A stretch of DNA of 64,000 nucleotides from Laetmonice hystrix (GCA_965235115.1 OZ249436.1:34472001-34536000); one strand, 5' to 3'. Shown: positions 13,183 to 27,220, counted from the stretch's first letter. Numbers and translations are program-made. The notes: generated by a model not told the origin, from the sequence alone.

Positions 13183-14810
13183 GGCCTTGAAGATGTCCAT
13201 TCTTATAAACTATTATAGTTATTTTATACTAATATACACCAACCGTACAGTATATAATTACATAATGAAACGACCACAGATTGTAGAAGTGTTATGTCCT
13301 GGAGCTGTTAATATATAAAACATGACGCCTATAGCTTCGATATTATGTTGACACGACGACCTAGGATACCTGCAGTGCCCGGTAGGTGATCCGCAGCAAT
13401 TATACAAATGGATAATTAACATACATTATGTCCGCGTTGGGGATTATAGTAGCCGCCCCAGGGCAGACTTTCTATATTTCCAGGTAGTGGCCTTTTATAG
13501 GTTATACCACGTAGACGAGGAATCGTAGTGTTTGTGAAAAAAAAACTTTTGTCTTTGATTTCTCATTTAAAAAAAGAACAGCAGCTTACCATTTCCTAGG
13601 ACTATACACAAGCACACCGGCATTGCCATGGCGGCAATGTGGGTAGATGGGTGGGTGGGTGGGTGGATGGGTGGGTGGTGAATTAAATGTGCACCAGCTC
13701 AGTCTGAATGATGGTTGACGTGGTTGACACCAATGACATAACCTAACCCGGCCTGCACGGCGCGATCGGCCGCTGACGTGCCTAGTCAACCCCCCAGCCC
13801 GGTCGGTACCAGCCCCCCACCCCCACCCGTCACCCTGTGCCCAGCCCCCCGCTCCCTGTCGCCCTGTGCCCTGCCTACCGTGTCCCCTCTCTGCATATCT
13901 TCACGGGACACTGTCTCCTAGCGGTACACTTGGACGCTACTGTCAATAATGACCGTCCACAGGCGAAGAGATAACACCCCTAGCTCGCCTACTCTAATCT
14001 GTGTCATTCATTCGTACTTTCCCTCCACTCATCTGAAATAAGAGGCAGATGAGGGGAGGGGGGTCCCCTTGCTTTTTTTCAATTTCATTTTTTTAAAGCG
14101 AGTTTTTCTCTTTCAAAGGCTTCCAGTAAGTCTGGTAAAGTCGGCCACCGGTGACTTCCACTGGCGATGCACACATCAATTTCTAACAACAATGCCGGTT
14201 TTCGGAATCCGACTGCTGCTCTCCTACTTATGCAGGCCAAGACATGCCGGTGGTTTATGCCACGTTGATGGCTTTCGCCGCCATACTCATCGCCACCATT
14301 GTCTCCCAGGGGCATTTTGTCGCCAATATGGCACGGCGATAACATTCTAATGTAGTTTACTGTTTGCTGCGGGTGCTCCCACAGGTCGTAGGAGAGGAGG
14401 CGATCGTGACTGGTGGCCACCCGGGAGTCAGGGCCCTCGGTCCCCGGTGGGCCGCCGCTGTCGTGGCCTGGCCGGACCCCATCCCTCCCGTCGACCCCCA
14501 ACCCATATATCTGCCACCGCCAGCCCGCCATCATTATAAGCCCACGATGACAACGGGCAGATTTGCAGAATTAGGTGCAACCACCATGCATGCATTGGCA
14601 TATGCATCAGCCCGCGGTCGTAAAGCTCGCCGACCGCAACGTTGCCATGTGACACTTGTTTAATGGCCCAAGTGATCAGAGGTTGGCTAAGTTGTTAAGA
14701 GTCGGGCGTGACCAGCAAATATGGCCGCCTATAATTAGCACCACTGGATGTGATGTCCAATCCGTCCAGCCTCCTCAGTATAGTCCCTTGGTATTGGATT
14801 GGAGACCAAT

Positions 14811-14976
14811 NNNNNNNNNNNNNNNNNNNNNNNNNNNNNNNNNNNNNNNNNNNNNNNNNNNNNNNNNNNNNNNNNNNNNNNNNNNNNNNNNNNNNNNNNN
14901 NNNNNNNNNNNNNNNNNNNNNNNNNNNNNNNNNNNNNNNNNNNNNNNNNNNNNNNNNNNNNNNNNNNNNNNNNNNN
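14811..14976. other. Assembly gap (166 N)
   Basis: Run of N. Confidence 1.
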
Positions 14977-15098
14977 TGCCACCCTGCCTGCCTGCCTGCC
15001 ACCCTGCCTGCATGTCACCCTGCCTGTTTGCCACCCTGCCTGCCACCCTACTTGCCACCATACCTGCCACCCTACTTGCCACCATGCCCTCCCTGCTG
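14977..15098. repeat. Low-complexity (CCTG)n / GCCACCCTGCCT repeat abutting the gap
   Basis: Direct reading; probably continues into the gap. Confidence 0.8.
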
Positions 15099-18000
15099 CC
15101 TTCGTCTCTTTCTTTTTCGACCCCACTGTGCACGAGCCAAACATCCGAGAGGGCCCTGGTCTACCTTTTCACACTCGATGTACCACGTCTGTCCGCCTTC
15201 AACCTTAGCCTGACAATACAAAAAATCTATACTGATAGAAGAGGATGCTGATGGTGATCAAAAGAATGAAAAATCATGCCAAAATCATTTGACTGACTAG
15301 AGTAGAATGCGGTAGGTATTTGACCCGCTTGTCTCCAGCCACAAGGGCGACGTAACACCACCTAGCGGGGATCCGTGAATCGACGCTGCAATGAGGCATG
15401 GTGGCGGCAATGGTGGCGGTGTTTGGGTCCCGTGTATGTTTGAGTAGAAGCCTGTGTGTGTAATATCATCAGGGATGTGCATGGGTGTGTCTTGTGTTGG
15501 ATATTTTCTGCAGGGGTTGACACTGCGATGGGACTGCCTTGTACCGACTCTAGCATCCCGACATGCCAAGCAATTAATGGAGACACTGTTCACCGCTGTC
15601 GGCACGTCCGAACACAAGAAGTTGCCGGAGCCGCCCCACAATGGCATGCGCCGTATTGTAAACGGAACACAAAATCTACGCCTTCTTGGGTGCCCAGCCC
15701 GCGTCCTCAGACCTCCGATTGTCACATTGTGATCACGGCATGACGCTGAAGCCTTACATAATCAGTTGAAAATCAACTTTTACCCTTGCTTATTATTGTC
15801 GCGTGTTTTGTTTCATGCCAGCCATTCAGATAGGCTCGCATACGAAGCCAATGAGGGTTGGGTCGTTAATGAAGCTTTCAAACATCCTGTCATCCCCCAT
15901 AACAGTTGCCCAATAACTAGGTCGGCAGAAAATACTGGGTACGGTAATTGGTCAACCGGCTCGATACCCACACCCACATTCTGCTGTTGCATTTCTTGTT
16001 ATTTTTCTCACCCGTGGCTTCTCCATAGGGGAAAGAACGCTTGCTCTGCTCTATCGACTTTTTACGTCTAAAGATGATCTTCACTGATTGCGTGCAAGGC
16101 TAGCCCGGATTGAAAAAAAATCAGTTTGATTGAATTAGACAAGATAAAGCCTTGTCAATTAGACAAGGTTCTCAGTCTCCCAGGTCATGCTGTATATTTC
16201 ACACCAAGCTGCTGAACAGACTAGACATGGCGATGTAAATTATGCCTATAACACTATCAATTGAGAGTCGATTTATCATGCTATGATACCTGTCACGATA
16301 GACTCAGGCGGGGCCACCTGTGGCGGGACGGGGGATCCCTTGGGGTCGTATAGGATTCACTAAGAATGATCTTTCTTTCGGTCCCTTACCATTCGGTTTT
16401 CTTATGTGACAAGTCTCAGCGGTAGATCTGAGTGCGGTTATCAGAAACGGTATGTGGTTTAGCTGAAAATGATGCTAAGTCGACCTATAGTCCCCACCGC
16501 AGTGAATAATGTAATACGCTGTATATTCTAATTAGACGTGCGATGTGTTTCATACCGTATGTATACCGAATATAATCATACAAAAATACGAGTTGTATGT
16601 ACACAAAATAATCCACAAGGTCAAACACTATTAGTTTCCCAACTTGACACCTGCTGATTTACCCTCATATCTTCTCGTATCTTTCACTGGATCCCCCTTT
16701 AGATTTCGAACGGTTACACAAGATTTGGGGTAAGAGTAGAGTTTCTAGAAGTTACTATTTCGAGTCCCAGACCCTCGTCCCTGTCCCAAAACTTCCCCCA
16801 AAACTGATCGCTACCCTATACATACCCCTAACCCCTAACCCAAACTCCGTGGGAATCTGACCTTGGGAGAACAACCGATACCCCCCCCCCCCCCCAGACA
16901 TTCACTTTTTCCCGAACCCCTAAATTCACCGCTGGAATGTAGATTAGCCGTGGACCATCCAGTATACCGGCGGTGTGTACGTTGTCGTTAGTACACCAGC
17001 CTCCATGCACCCGACCACCACATGTTGCTTGAGTGCGAGAGCAGCGACACACATCGGCCTTCGTCGGCACCAGGCTAACTCAGTGATCAAGATCGGTTTC
17101 CTAATGGCCACCTGGCAAATAGGGGCATTTTCACTTTTGTGAAAGGGGACCGGGTTAATTATGATGGAATTAACGGCGGAGGCCGGTCGTCGGAGATGGA
17201 TTGAAGGAGAGTAGCGGTTGGCTGTGGCCCCTGCTAGGGCTGTGTTACCCTGTGCCCCCCTACGCCTCCCCTCGGCCTTAAGTCTTCACAGTATACTGCA
17301 CTTACATTCATTCTCTCAAATTGGAATAGCCGCGCCTGTCATCCCAGCAAAATAAATGACTAAATGAATAAGAGTATGCGCGCAGCAACTGTGGAACTTA
17401 ATGGAAGGAAATTAGCGGGTGTGTGGGTGTGCCTGTCGGTATGTGCCATCCAAGGGCGGCTAGGGTCCTGGAGGACTTTGCCCGGTTTGGCCCCCCATCC
17501 CTCCCCCCTAGTTCACTGCCGAAAGCAAATGGAATTGCTGCCTATCTGGCTAACACATGAGACGAGGTAAATAAATTATATCTATGCCCAAGTTGGGGCC
17601 GACTTGTGCAGCATCTCTGGCCCCAGTGGCGGGGTCTGCGCGCCCCCTGCCGGGGGAGCGTGACGCTAACTGCCCCATACGTTCACGCACTCTTCCCCTT
17701 TCACCGTGCCTCCAGCCAGCTCAGTCACACCAGCAAATTGCCTGGAAGTGCGTCAAAGGCCAACTTGCTAAATGGGTTTTCGCAAGTCCCAAGTTGTCTG
17801 AGAGCTTTTTGAGTCCGGAGTGGCTATGGCTTGCAGATTATCGCCCACAATGCCGGTCATGTACCCCTCAGCCTCCCGGCATCCCCAACCATTCCCAGCA
17901 GGCAATCGACCGGCGGTCGGCCCGCCACCTTCCGATTCCCCGGTTAACGGATGGGATTACGTTGTGTTCCACAGTCTCCGAAAGAAGGCCCGATTAGTCA

Positions 18001-18497
18001 ATAGGACGCACAATAAATCGAAAAGGCCGCTTTTGGCAAAAGCGAAATCCGCCAACCGCCACTCGAGCCCGGGCCTTACCGATTGACTTTACTTTGGTTG
18101 CCGATTGTGGCGACCTTTCGTCCCCCAGGTGCGTTATACCATCGGACGCCAGCGATGGACGCTGGCAGTGTCAGAGAGGCCACTGAAAGGATGGCGCCGG
18201 GCCTGGCTTGGGAATCGGCCGTGCCCAAACAACTTTATGAGTTCGGCAGAAGCCGGGGTGGAGGGGCTTGGCCTGGACCAGCAGACTGGGGGCCCATCTC
18301 ATTAGACACCTAGTGCCAGGACGGCAGTCGGCGGCGCTAAAGGCTGTGGGCCTTGGTCAGCACCTTTCGGGGCACCAACCAGGGGCCCTAATGCAAGTCA
18401 TCTCGGTAATGATGTCGCCCAATCAAGGACTTCGTAACTCCCCAAATTGAGCGAACCCATCGCGTTATAGGAGTCTCTGCGGTCACGCGCCTTCTCA

Positions 18498-18511
18498 CCA
18501 CTAGAGGGCCG
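18498..18511 (+). promoter_or_regulatory. CTCF-like motif
   Basis: CCACTAGAGGGCCG matches the CTCF core consensus CCASYAGRKGGCRS at 13/14 positions. Confidence 0.35.
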
Positions 18512-18910
18512 GGGACAAGGCACACCCCCGAGAGGGGTGCTGCCACCAATGGCACCTTTCATACAAGAGGCGGTCGAGTTCTTGCTACTCATTTCAGGAC
18601 CAATAAATCGGGCCTTCATATCTGGAGAGCTGCTCACAGAATAGCGGTCGGCGCGATTGCTTTTATGTGGCGTCAATACTTTCTTAAAGTACGCAGGAGA
18701 CAAGTTTTACAATGAGCAATTGCAACCGGCGTTGGAATGATTTCTTATCAGAGGAATTTCGGAGTAACAAACTAGGGCATTGAAAATATAACATCTCGAA
18801 TTTTAAATCTGATTCTTATATTTAAAGCCATTCACGATTATCTCTTAGTTCAATGACTCCAAAATGAAGATATGGGCTGTATACCCACAGAAATGGAAAA
18901 ATCTAATGGA

Positions 18911-19155
18911 ATTCAACATTCCAGTTGTCTGTTCTCGCTATGAAGCGATCGTCTTATGGCTGGTTGTTGACAAAATCGTTGACCTGGCATTGACTTGAAC
19001 AACCAATAAAATTCATCGGTTCATCGCTCGATGAATTTCATTGGCTGTCCAAGTAAATGCCAGGTCAACAACCAGCCGTGAGGCTTCGCTTCATGGCTGG
19101 ATATTCAACATTCCAGTTGCCTGTTGTCGCCATAAAACGAAGCCTCACGGCTGGT
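18911..19155. mobile_element. Foldback/palindromic repeat element (MITE-like)
   Basis: Inner arms 18978-19018 and 19029-19069 are 37/41 inverted matches around a 10-nt loop, and pairing extends outward to about 18940/19094. 18911-18965 is directly repeated (degenerate) at 19103-19155. CCAGCCGTGAGGCTTCG (19072-19088) is a perfect inverse of 19138-19154. Confidence 0.7.
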
Positions 19156-19276
19156 AACAACCAGAAATAGTAACAACCCAGGAAAATTGGGAAAAAGAAC
19201 TTTAAAAATCTATCACTATTCATTCCTGTATAGCCCCTTGCCAGTACTTCCGGTCTCTAGACCTCTTGAAAAAAAT

Positions 19277-19460
19277 CCCTATCCTAGCCATGTCCTTAAC
19301 TCCAACCCTACTCCCTATCCTAGCCATGTCCTTAACTCCAACCCTACTCCCTATCCTAGCCATGTCCTTAACTCCAACCCTACTCCCTATCCTAGCCATG
19401 TCCTTAACTCCAACCCTACTCCCTATCCTAGCCATGTCCTTAACTCCAACCCTACTCCCT
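19277..19460. repeat. 5 identical copies of a 36-bp unit
   Basis: Unit CCCTATCCTAGCCATGTCCTTAACTCCAACCCTACT. Confidence 0.97.
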
Positions 19461-20998
19461 GTTTGATGTGGAACGAATTAATGGATCATGCATTCAAGTT
19501 GTGGCATCGAGAGAGTTTATTGGCGAATGAACTTCGAGTCAAAGCCGAAAGAGTTTCGAGACACGTTGTACACACGACCATATAGAACTTGCTTCTATTT
19601 CCGGTCGGTTACAACTTCCTGAAGGTTTCTGCGATACATTTGTTGCCAATAATTTATAAAAAAAAAACATACTCTTTCCGTACTATAACAAAAAGACCGG
19701 TTTCACTCGGAGTGGCTGAAATGGGGGGGGGGGGGGGGGGGGCTTGATCGTTTGGTTGGTTCCAACAGATAAGATAACATACTGGTTAGGTCCTATATCA
19801 CCTTGTCCAAGTGGACTTTCCGATAGTCTCGAAACTAGATCCCTCCTTGGAATCAGAGACAAGAGATTCGATATGGTAGCCATCATGGGGTATATAGTCA
19901 TAACTTTCCAAAACCTATATCGTTTGAAATAATTGGCAAGGTGCACTGCCTTCAGGGATATAGTATTGTGTACATATATGTTTCTATAAATAAAAGAATC
20001 AGTATCAGTGTCATATCGTTCTCGCCTTTCTTGAAAGTAGTCTTCTTGAGATGTCTGGAAGTGGACGCATCTGAAATGATGGATCCCTTATTCGTAATCA
20101 TTCTCTCTATTTGAGGTTTGCCACCTTTGATCTCAACCAGAATCGATCTGTCTTTGAGAATATGTTGTGGGGCTACTTAATCTCATGCATATAATATAAA
20201 CCAATGCATAACGTACATCGGAGACGACAGATGAAAGAGGTGTTTTATTTTCCAATTTCCATGATTTCAAAGTACCGGAACCGGAACTGTTGGTGTCCAG
20301 GTGAAAAGTTTCCCGTCTGACCTTTGGCTACTGCTATAGTATATGGGGGTGTGACGTCAACTCAGAGGTCATTTCATTACCGGCTTGGAGGAGGACGAGG
20401 AGGAGGGGAGGAGGACGAGGAGGAAGAGAAGGAAGAGCAGGAGGAGGGAGATTCACCACTATAGGATGGGGGAGGATTGTTATTTGATGGATGAGGTTCA
20501 CTTCAGAGACAAAGTCTACATGTTAGGGACCACCTGCACAAGGTTGGTGGTCCGGGGGGGGGGGGGGCGGTTGGTTGGTAGCTCGGGTGGGGTGTGGGGT
20601 GTGTGGGGTGGGGGTGCTCACTTTAAGTTAAGACTACTGATGTCACAGCAATATAAGGACTCCGGTAATGACCCATGCATTGAAACATTTCCGTGAAATA
20701 AGGCGAGTGGTTATAGTATACCTATATGGCATGAAATGACATGAAAGGTTTTGAGTCTATGATCTTAGGTAAGTAATAACTTGAAGCTATTGAGAGGGAT
20801 GGTTTCACCCCAACTGAATCCTCCATGGAAACCAGAGCATTGCCCTAGTTTAATTCAGGTGAAATGGCTCGGTGTTCCGTACCAATTAATAAGACATGGT
20901 CCATAAGCTGCGTAAGCTGCGTGAAGCTCAGCAATGTTCTGTGCAAAGTGGGGCCAGGTCAGGACTGGGACGGGAGCTACTGCCGTCAGTGTTGGGCT

Positions 20999-21131
20999 GG
21001 GGTGCAGGGGACGTGGGCCAGGGGTGCAGGGGACGTGGGCCAGGGGTGCAGGGACGTGGGCCAGGGGTGCGGGGGACGTGGGCCAGGGGTGCAGGGACGT
21101 GGGCCAGGGGGCGCGGGGGACGTGGGCCAGG
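20999..21131 (+). repeat. G-rich minisatellite, about 6 x 21-22 bp, predicted G-quadruplex former
   Basis: Unit GGGGTGCAGGG(G)ACGTGGGCCA, with runs of 3-5 G separated by 3-4 nt loops. Confidence 0.9.
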
Positions 21132-21209
21132 AGTGCTGGATACGTGAGCTGAGGTGCGGAGTGCGTGCCAGCCATGCAGAAACCGCTGTCAAGAGGGTCA
21201 TATCTGGTC

Positions 21210-21251
21210 GATGGCACAAACCAAGTGTGCGATGGCACAAACCAAGTGTGC
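21210..21251. repeat. Tandem duplication, 2 x 21 bp
   Basis: GATGGCACAAACCAAGTGTGC repeated twice. Confidence 0.9.
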
Positions 21252-22385
21252 CCTGACACGGCCACCAACAGCCACGCCGTTTTTAACGTGAGATTATTAA
21301 ACCTTGTTTGTTTATAATGCTACATGTATGCGCGTGTAAACACACGTGGTTGGAGGCCAGTAAGGTTCTAGACAAAGTCAACAGATACTCATGCGGGCTA
21401 GAATATTCATATATATGAGATTTGAAAAGAGTTGGCGCCTTTCTGCATTGCAAGGAAAGTTAAACTAATGACCGGGACGGCAATGTCATGCACATAACAA
21501 GACGGCCATAATAAGGACCACCGTCCTACGTTTCAATTGATAGCGTGCTTGCTTATATGCTATCGCCGGGACAATAAAAAAAACGAGAGACCGAGACAGT
21601 GGCCATCAGTCTCGATTTGCACTGCAAGCCAGCACTGCAGCCGTCAATAAAACTCATCCCTGTTACCACTGGTTACGGATACGTTTCAATCGACTGTAGA
21701 ACAAAGAGAGACGTCACATTGCGTGGCACTGCCACAGCCCCACAAGCCACGTCGGAGCAGCTCTTTTCTCATTTCATCCTTTTGCAATTTTTAGACATGC
21801 CACTATTTGTTTGGGTCGGGTTTCAGGAGAGTTTACCCCGTTGCGCCTGTCATAGGGCATTTTCTCACCGCTTCCTGCGAGCCTGCTTAGCCTTCCGCCA
21901 CGACTCAACCGTCTGAAAGAAATGTCCTTCAAAATATGCATCTCGTGTTCGGCTTGTCTTTTATAATGGCTGTGATCTGATTAGACAACGAGGCGAAAGT
22001 CCCCTGGCACCGTCTCGGAGAGGGGACACCCCCCTCATATTTTATCGGGAGCTCTTGTCCCAGGGTTTTTTAGAATCAGTATCAAAGAAGACACCTGAAT
22101 GGATCGCCCGCCTGGGAATGATTGTCTCTGCATTTTTCGAGTTGGCCATCTCTTTGTCTGCCGATGTCGTGGTCGGTTTGTGCTGAGATGCGTCAGAGCC
22201 TGGGCGCTGGGCACGGGCCATCCCCTTGGTAGCCGTAGTGCCGCCACCGAATATAACCCTATGTCATAAGTGGCCATGGCGAGGCTTAATCATCCATCCC
22301 TAGTGTCAACCAATAAATGACAATGACGAATCTTGCCGGGGAGCAGTATGCAGTATGGTATCGAGGAGGATGGGGGGGGGGGGGT

Positions 22386-22389
22386 GAGA

Positions 22390-22439
<50 letters not shown>
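22386..22439. repeat. (GA)n microsatellite
   Basis: Direct reading. Confidence 0.95.
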
Positions 22440-22442
<3 letters not shown>

Positions 22443-22693
22443 GGGATAGAAGGATTTGGATTGGAGTCTGATGCCTCAGCAACATTCCGGGATAGTATCG
22501 AGGTGGTCAGTTTGTCCGGTGGCAGAAACCGGAGTGTCTGGCTAGAACCTATATCTTGCAGCAGGTATGACACGTCTTCTCAGATCCGGCACGAAGTGGG
22601 GTGGTGTGTGTGTGTTGGGGGGGGGGGGGGGGTCGAGCCCAGAGGTGCATGACAGGCCGTGTGACTCCTAGAGGATTAGTATACCACTGACCG

Positions 22694-22713
22694 GAGAGAG
22701 GGAGAAAGAGAGG

Positions 22714-22748
<35 letters not shown>

Positions 22749-22760
22749 GGAGAGAGAAAG
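22694..22760. repeat. (GA)n microsatellite with poly-G
   Basis: Direct reading. Confidence 0.9.
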
Positions 22761-24038
22761 AAAGTAAGAAGGGGAAGGGAGAGGTCTGAATACCACGGCA
22801 TTGTGTCTAAAGGTTTCCGATAGCAAAGGCGACCTTTTTTCCCCCTCCCATTCCCATACACGGCCCAGGTTCGCCCCCACTGCCGACACCGCATGTGTAC
22901 ATTTGCATTTGCTCGCACATTAGTTTCGTATAACGCTCCCCTCGCGCTAACCGAGTGTCACTCCATCATTGTAATGACAAAAGAAGACGATAACAAGAAA
23001 GCAGCACGGCATGTGGTGAGAAATGTATGCCAGGTTAGAGATGGCGACTTCCTTTTGTCCTGGTCGGTGATCCTTTCCAGGCGCTGGGGCTGTCGGATTA
23101 TTCTTCCAGCAGGACTGTCAGTCGGCGCCTAGAATTGATGTCACGATAGTAGGTTGCATGTTATATGTCAGAAGGCACGGTTTGCGCGACGCCCGCCGGG
23201 AAACAAGACCCGCAGACAAGCCGGGTCTCGTCTCCAGCACGCTAATGAATTGCCCCCTTCCTCATTCACTGCCACGACAGAGCAGATGAAAAATGATGAG
23301 TCTTCAGCCGCTTGACATGAAAGAGCATTATGCGTTCTTGGTCCGCCCCACCCGACTGGCGGCCGTGGGAGGGGTGGCTTACCACAGAGAAATAGACACA
23401 CAATTGGAAGCGACCCACAAGCTGATCGTATATGATCAAGCGGGGGTTATTGCGCCATAATTAATGCAGAGGCCGTCTAGGTTCAGGGGCTCTAACTGCC
23501 ATCAAGAGGATCTGGGGGTGCGTCAGGTCCCAGAGCAAGCCATTCAATGTTTGATAGCAACAGCATAAAGCAGACCCACACACACAATCTCATCAGTGGT
23601 GCCAATTACACTCTTAACGATTGCTACCAGAGCACCAGGGGCCGGGCGGCACTGATATGGGCATGGTCGGGGGAAAACTTTTCGGAAAGTTTGTAAAGTT
23701 GAGAACTGTTGGATATCGATTATATCAGTACGGTTATACAGATGTCAGACGCTCATGTCATTAAGAGCAAGCGACCATAACAGGTCAGTCGTAAATCCGT
23801 GTAATGACTACAGACTGGCGTATTAAAAAAAGGGGGCGAGGAGATAGGCTTCCTCATTCACACTCGACAAGTTATGAAACTTCAAGCAGAACCTGGCAGG
23901 AATTTGTATCCGTGGTTGCTGGAACTTTTTAAGATATGTATGGGTAGTTGGTGCAGTCTGAATTTAGAAGTATATCTTCTATTCCAGGATGAACAGGGTC
24001 TCTGACAACTCTGTGAAGATTTGACCAAGAATACGGTC

Positions 24039-24186
24039 NNNNNNNNNNNNNNNNNNNNNNNNNNNNNNNNNNNNNNNNNNNNNNNNNNNNNNNNNNNNNN
24101 NNNNNNNNNNNNNNNNNNNNNNNNNNNNNNNNNNNNNNNNNNNNNNNNNNNNNNNNNNNNNNNNNNNNNNNNNNNNNNNNNNNNNN
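24039..24186. other. Assembly gap (148 N)
   Basis: Run of N. Confidence 1.
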
Positions 24187-27069
24187 CCCATGCATTGCAT
24201 AGAGTAGAAACGTTGAGTGGAGGGGGGCTTATTGGACTGGAACGGGCCGGCCTCAAAATGACCCGCTACAACGGTCCATTTTCCTATACTACTCATACTG
24301 GTTCCATACTTACAGCTCGGTGGCTTACTTAATGTACGGTAACTGTCCGTTTAAGCTTTTTCACACGCTCATCCAGGGTAAGTTCTTCATGTGAGAATGT
24401 CTAAATGTTTTCTGCTCAACTTTTTATGTGAAAACGTGATTGAAAACTGAACTCAACATGTATGTACACAATAAATGCAGCGTGCTATGTGTCACTCCCT
24501 GACTTCAGAGTTTCAAACACGACTGTTGCAGTGAATAGGACAGTTTCATATTATTATCCGTTAACCTACATATCTAAGATCTAAGCAGCCGTCCGCCCAC
24601 ACCTACAACCCACACCCACACCCATCTTGGAGTATATATTATATATATAGATATATATCAGACATATAGGGGGTGGGACGGGGTAGCGCGTATAGCGACC
24701 TGGATTCTAGCCTACGCTAGTGCAAATAAGGATCATCCAGCCCTACAGCTGCGAATAGGCAGTCCGGCTTTAGTTCCATGGCTTCACCCGCTGGCAGCAG
24801 ACCGGTTAGCGTCAGTACTGGTAGATGCTAAGGGGACTTTGACACTTTGAGTAGGTGGGTGCAATCCTTCAACACAGTTATAGAAAAAAGGCGGGAGGGG
24901 CATGTTTACTAAACACGCGACATGAGCATCTAATATAAGAAGGTTGTTCTAATCTATGACAGCGCGTTTGAATGTATTATACGGCAACCTAGTTATAAGT
25001 TGCCCGCATATATACACTGCAATGAGTATTAAAATAAGATCACGTCATATTTTTGCTTTACAAACACCAGATTCATGATAAGTTATGGGGCATTAATGAA
25101 TTGTTTAAAAACAACGTGTCGGGGCGATTCTTTCTCACCATAATATTAACTGTAAAATGCATGCAGCGTTCTTACTTCGACAAATTAAAATTTAGCGTTG
25201 CATTACTATGCATGTAGTTTGAAAAATTAATTCAAACGTAAATGTACAATTTATGTTTTTATTATAGAATCAAGGATGTTTCCAAATGGGATTCGCTATA
25301 TACATCACATTTTTTCATATATACGGGTGCGATACATGCCTCTAAAGATATGCATAAATCCATATGAATGTATTCAAAAAGTATGCCCAAGGTGGGGCAC
25401 TATACCTTTATATTATATACAGGCCAGATCTCAGAGTAAACGGGGGTTCCGTGAATATACATTATTATAAAAAAATATAGGAATATCAAAAATAATATTA
25501 AAAAATAATATAAATAACAACTAAATTAATGTTTAAAATGTAGTGACGTTGCTACAAATTTAAGAGCGTGTGAGTTCATTGGAATGTTATAATGTCTGGG
25601 GGACTGAGATAGGTACCAGCGTGGAGTGCTGCCACCATCGGGCCCGTGAAAATTAACTGGTGATAAGCCTTGGTAATGCTGTAACCACCACATGACACAC
25701 CGTAATTTAAACACCCTGTGTGTACCGACATGGTGATAGAACGGAGGGGAAGGTTGGTGTTGGCGGCCCCGTGTACGGCCAGATGACGGCAGACGGTGGT
25801 CTTGGCTGACACTTTGTCTTTTTCTGATGTATGACGTGTCCCGCTTGTGTTTTGCAGAGTGCTGGTGGCGAGCAAGCGATAACCCAATTAGTGATGTGGC
25901 GGATCGCTCACAGGTGCCATGGTGTGATGGCGTTTCTATGCGGCCAGGTGTGAGGTGAACGGGTGACTTGGGCGATGGATGGGATGGGGCGACGGTGACG
26001 GTATAGTGGCGGGGCGCCGCTCTCCCCCCGCCCGCCCGCCCGTATATAGACACCGTCCCGTACACCGACCGGCGGACCCTCCCACCGCCCGTCCGCTCGG
26101 ACCCCCCAGGCCGACCGACCGACCGGCCCGCCGGCCGCCGGCCCCCCTACCCCGGCAGTGATCGTCCGGTGATGGGTAATGTATACACACCCGGGCTTCA
26201 GCTCCCCCAGCGGGCGTACGGCAACCTTCTCATGGGACCATCGGCACGCTCTCCTTCGTCACCCCCTCGGCGGATCAGTTCTCACACCACCAACACACCA
26301 CACCGGCCCAAATATAATCTACACCAGATCGTCAACTCCAGCGGTCGGAGAGAGAGAGAGAGAGGAAAAAAATAGGTGAAAGTGAAAAAGGAATCTCCCA
26401 TGGGGGACTCGTCTGGCCGAGACCATCTCATCAGCACAGCACGCAGTCCAAGTTAAAATTAACAACCGCCGTGTTTCTGACTGAAATTAACTGCGAGAGC
26501 AGAATACGATGGGTTTCCCCAAGTGTGTACTGCTTTAGTTGGTAGCTTTTAACGGCTCCACCGTCACGGATCCATGTAGTTGAATTAGTTCATCTTTCTA
26601 CAGTCGGCAGAGAATCTGTTTGGCATGTTAAGTGGTTAAATAATTTGTTAAATTGAGAGTGACTCGTAACCTGAATGTTCAACGAAAAATATCACTATGT
26701 GCTAGATTCAAAAGTACTATACACGAACATAAAATTGTGTGAAGTAAGATTCAGGATCATAAACATGCGACCAAGGAATTTAAGTAAACCTGCATGCAAT
26801 AAACAGTATAATACACTGACCTATCATGCAGCATATTGTGCATGTATCTATATAGGCCTATATGTATAATGTTATAGGCTCCCCTATTTATGGCTGAGAA
26901 TATATATAGGCCTACATAATTATCTGCTTTTATATCATTGTATCTCTATTTCGCATACATATATGTTAATGTGTATGTAATATGAATAAGAATTACCGCG
27001 CCGTTTAAAATGAAAACCCCGACAACAGAATCAGTCATCTCTTCATCAAAGAAATAACCACATGCAGCC

Positions 27070-27220
27070 ACATAGGGTGTAGCAGGAGCTATGGTGTGAA
27101 ATCTTCTACATAGGGTGTAGCAGGAGCTATATGGTGTGAAATCTTCCACATAGGGTGTAGCAGGAGCTATATGGTGTGAAATCTTCTACATAGGGTGTAG
27201 CAGGAGCTATATGGTGTGAA
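27070..27220. repeat. Tandem repeat, about 4 x 40 bp
   Basis: Unit ACATAGGGTGTAGCAGGAGCTATATGGTGTGAAATCTTC(T/C); the first copy lacks 2 bp. Confidence 0.95.

Noticed and set aside
19683-20088. ~135-codon open frame on the minus strand
   Set aside because: There is no recognisable domain, it ends in a poly-G-derived proline run, and this length is expected by chance in 64 kb.
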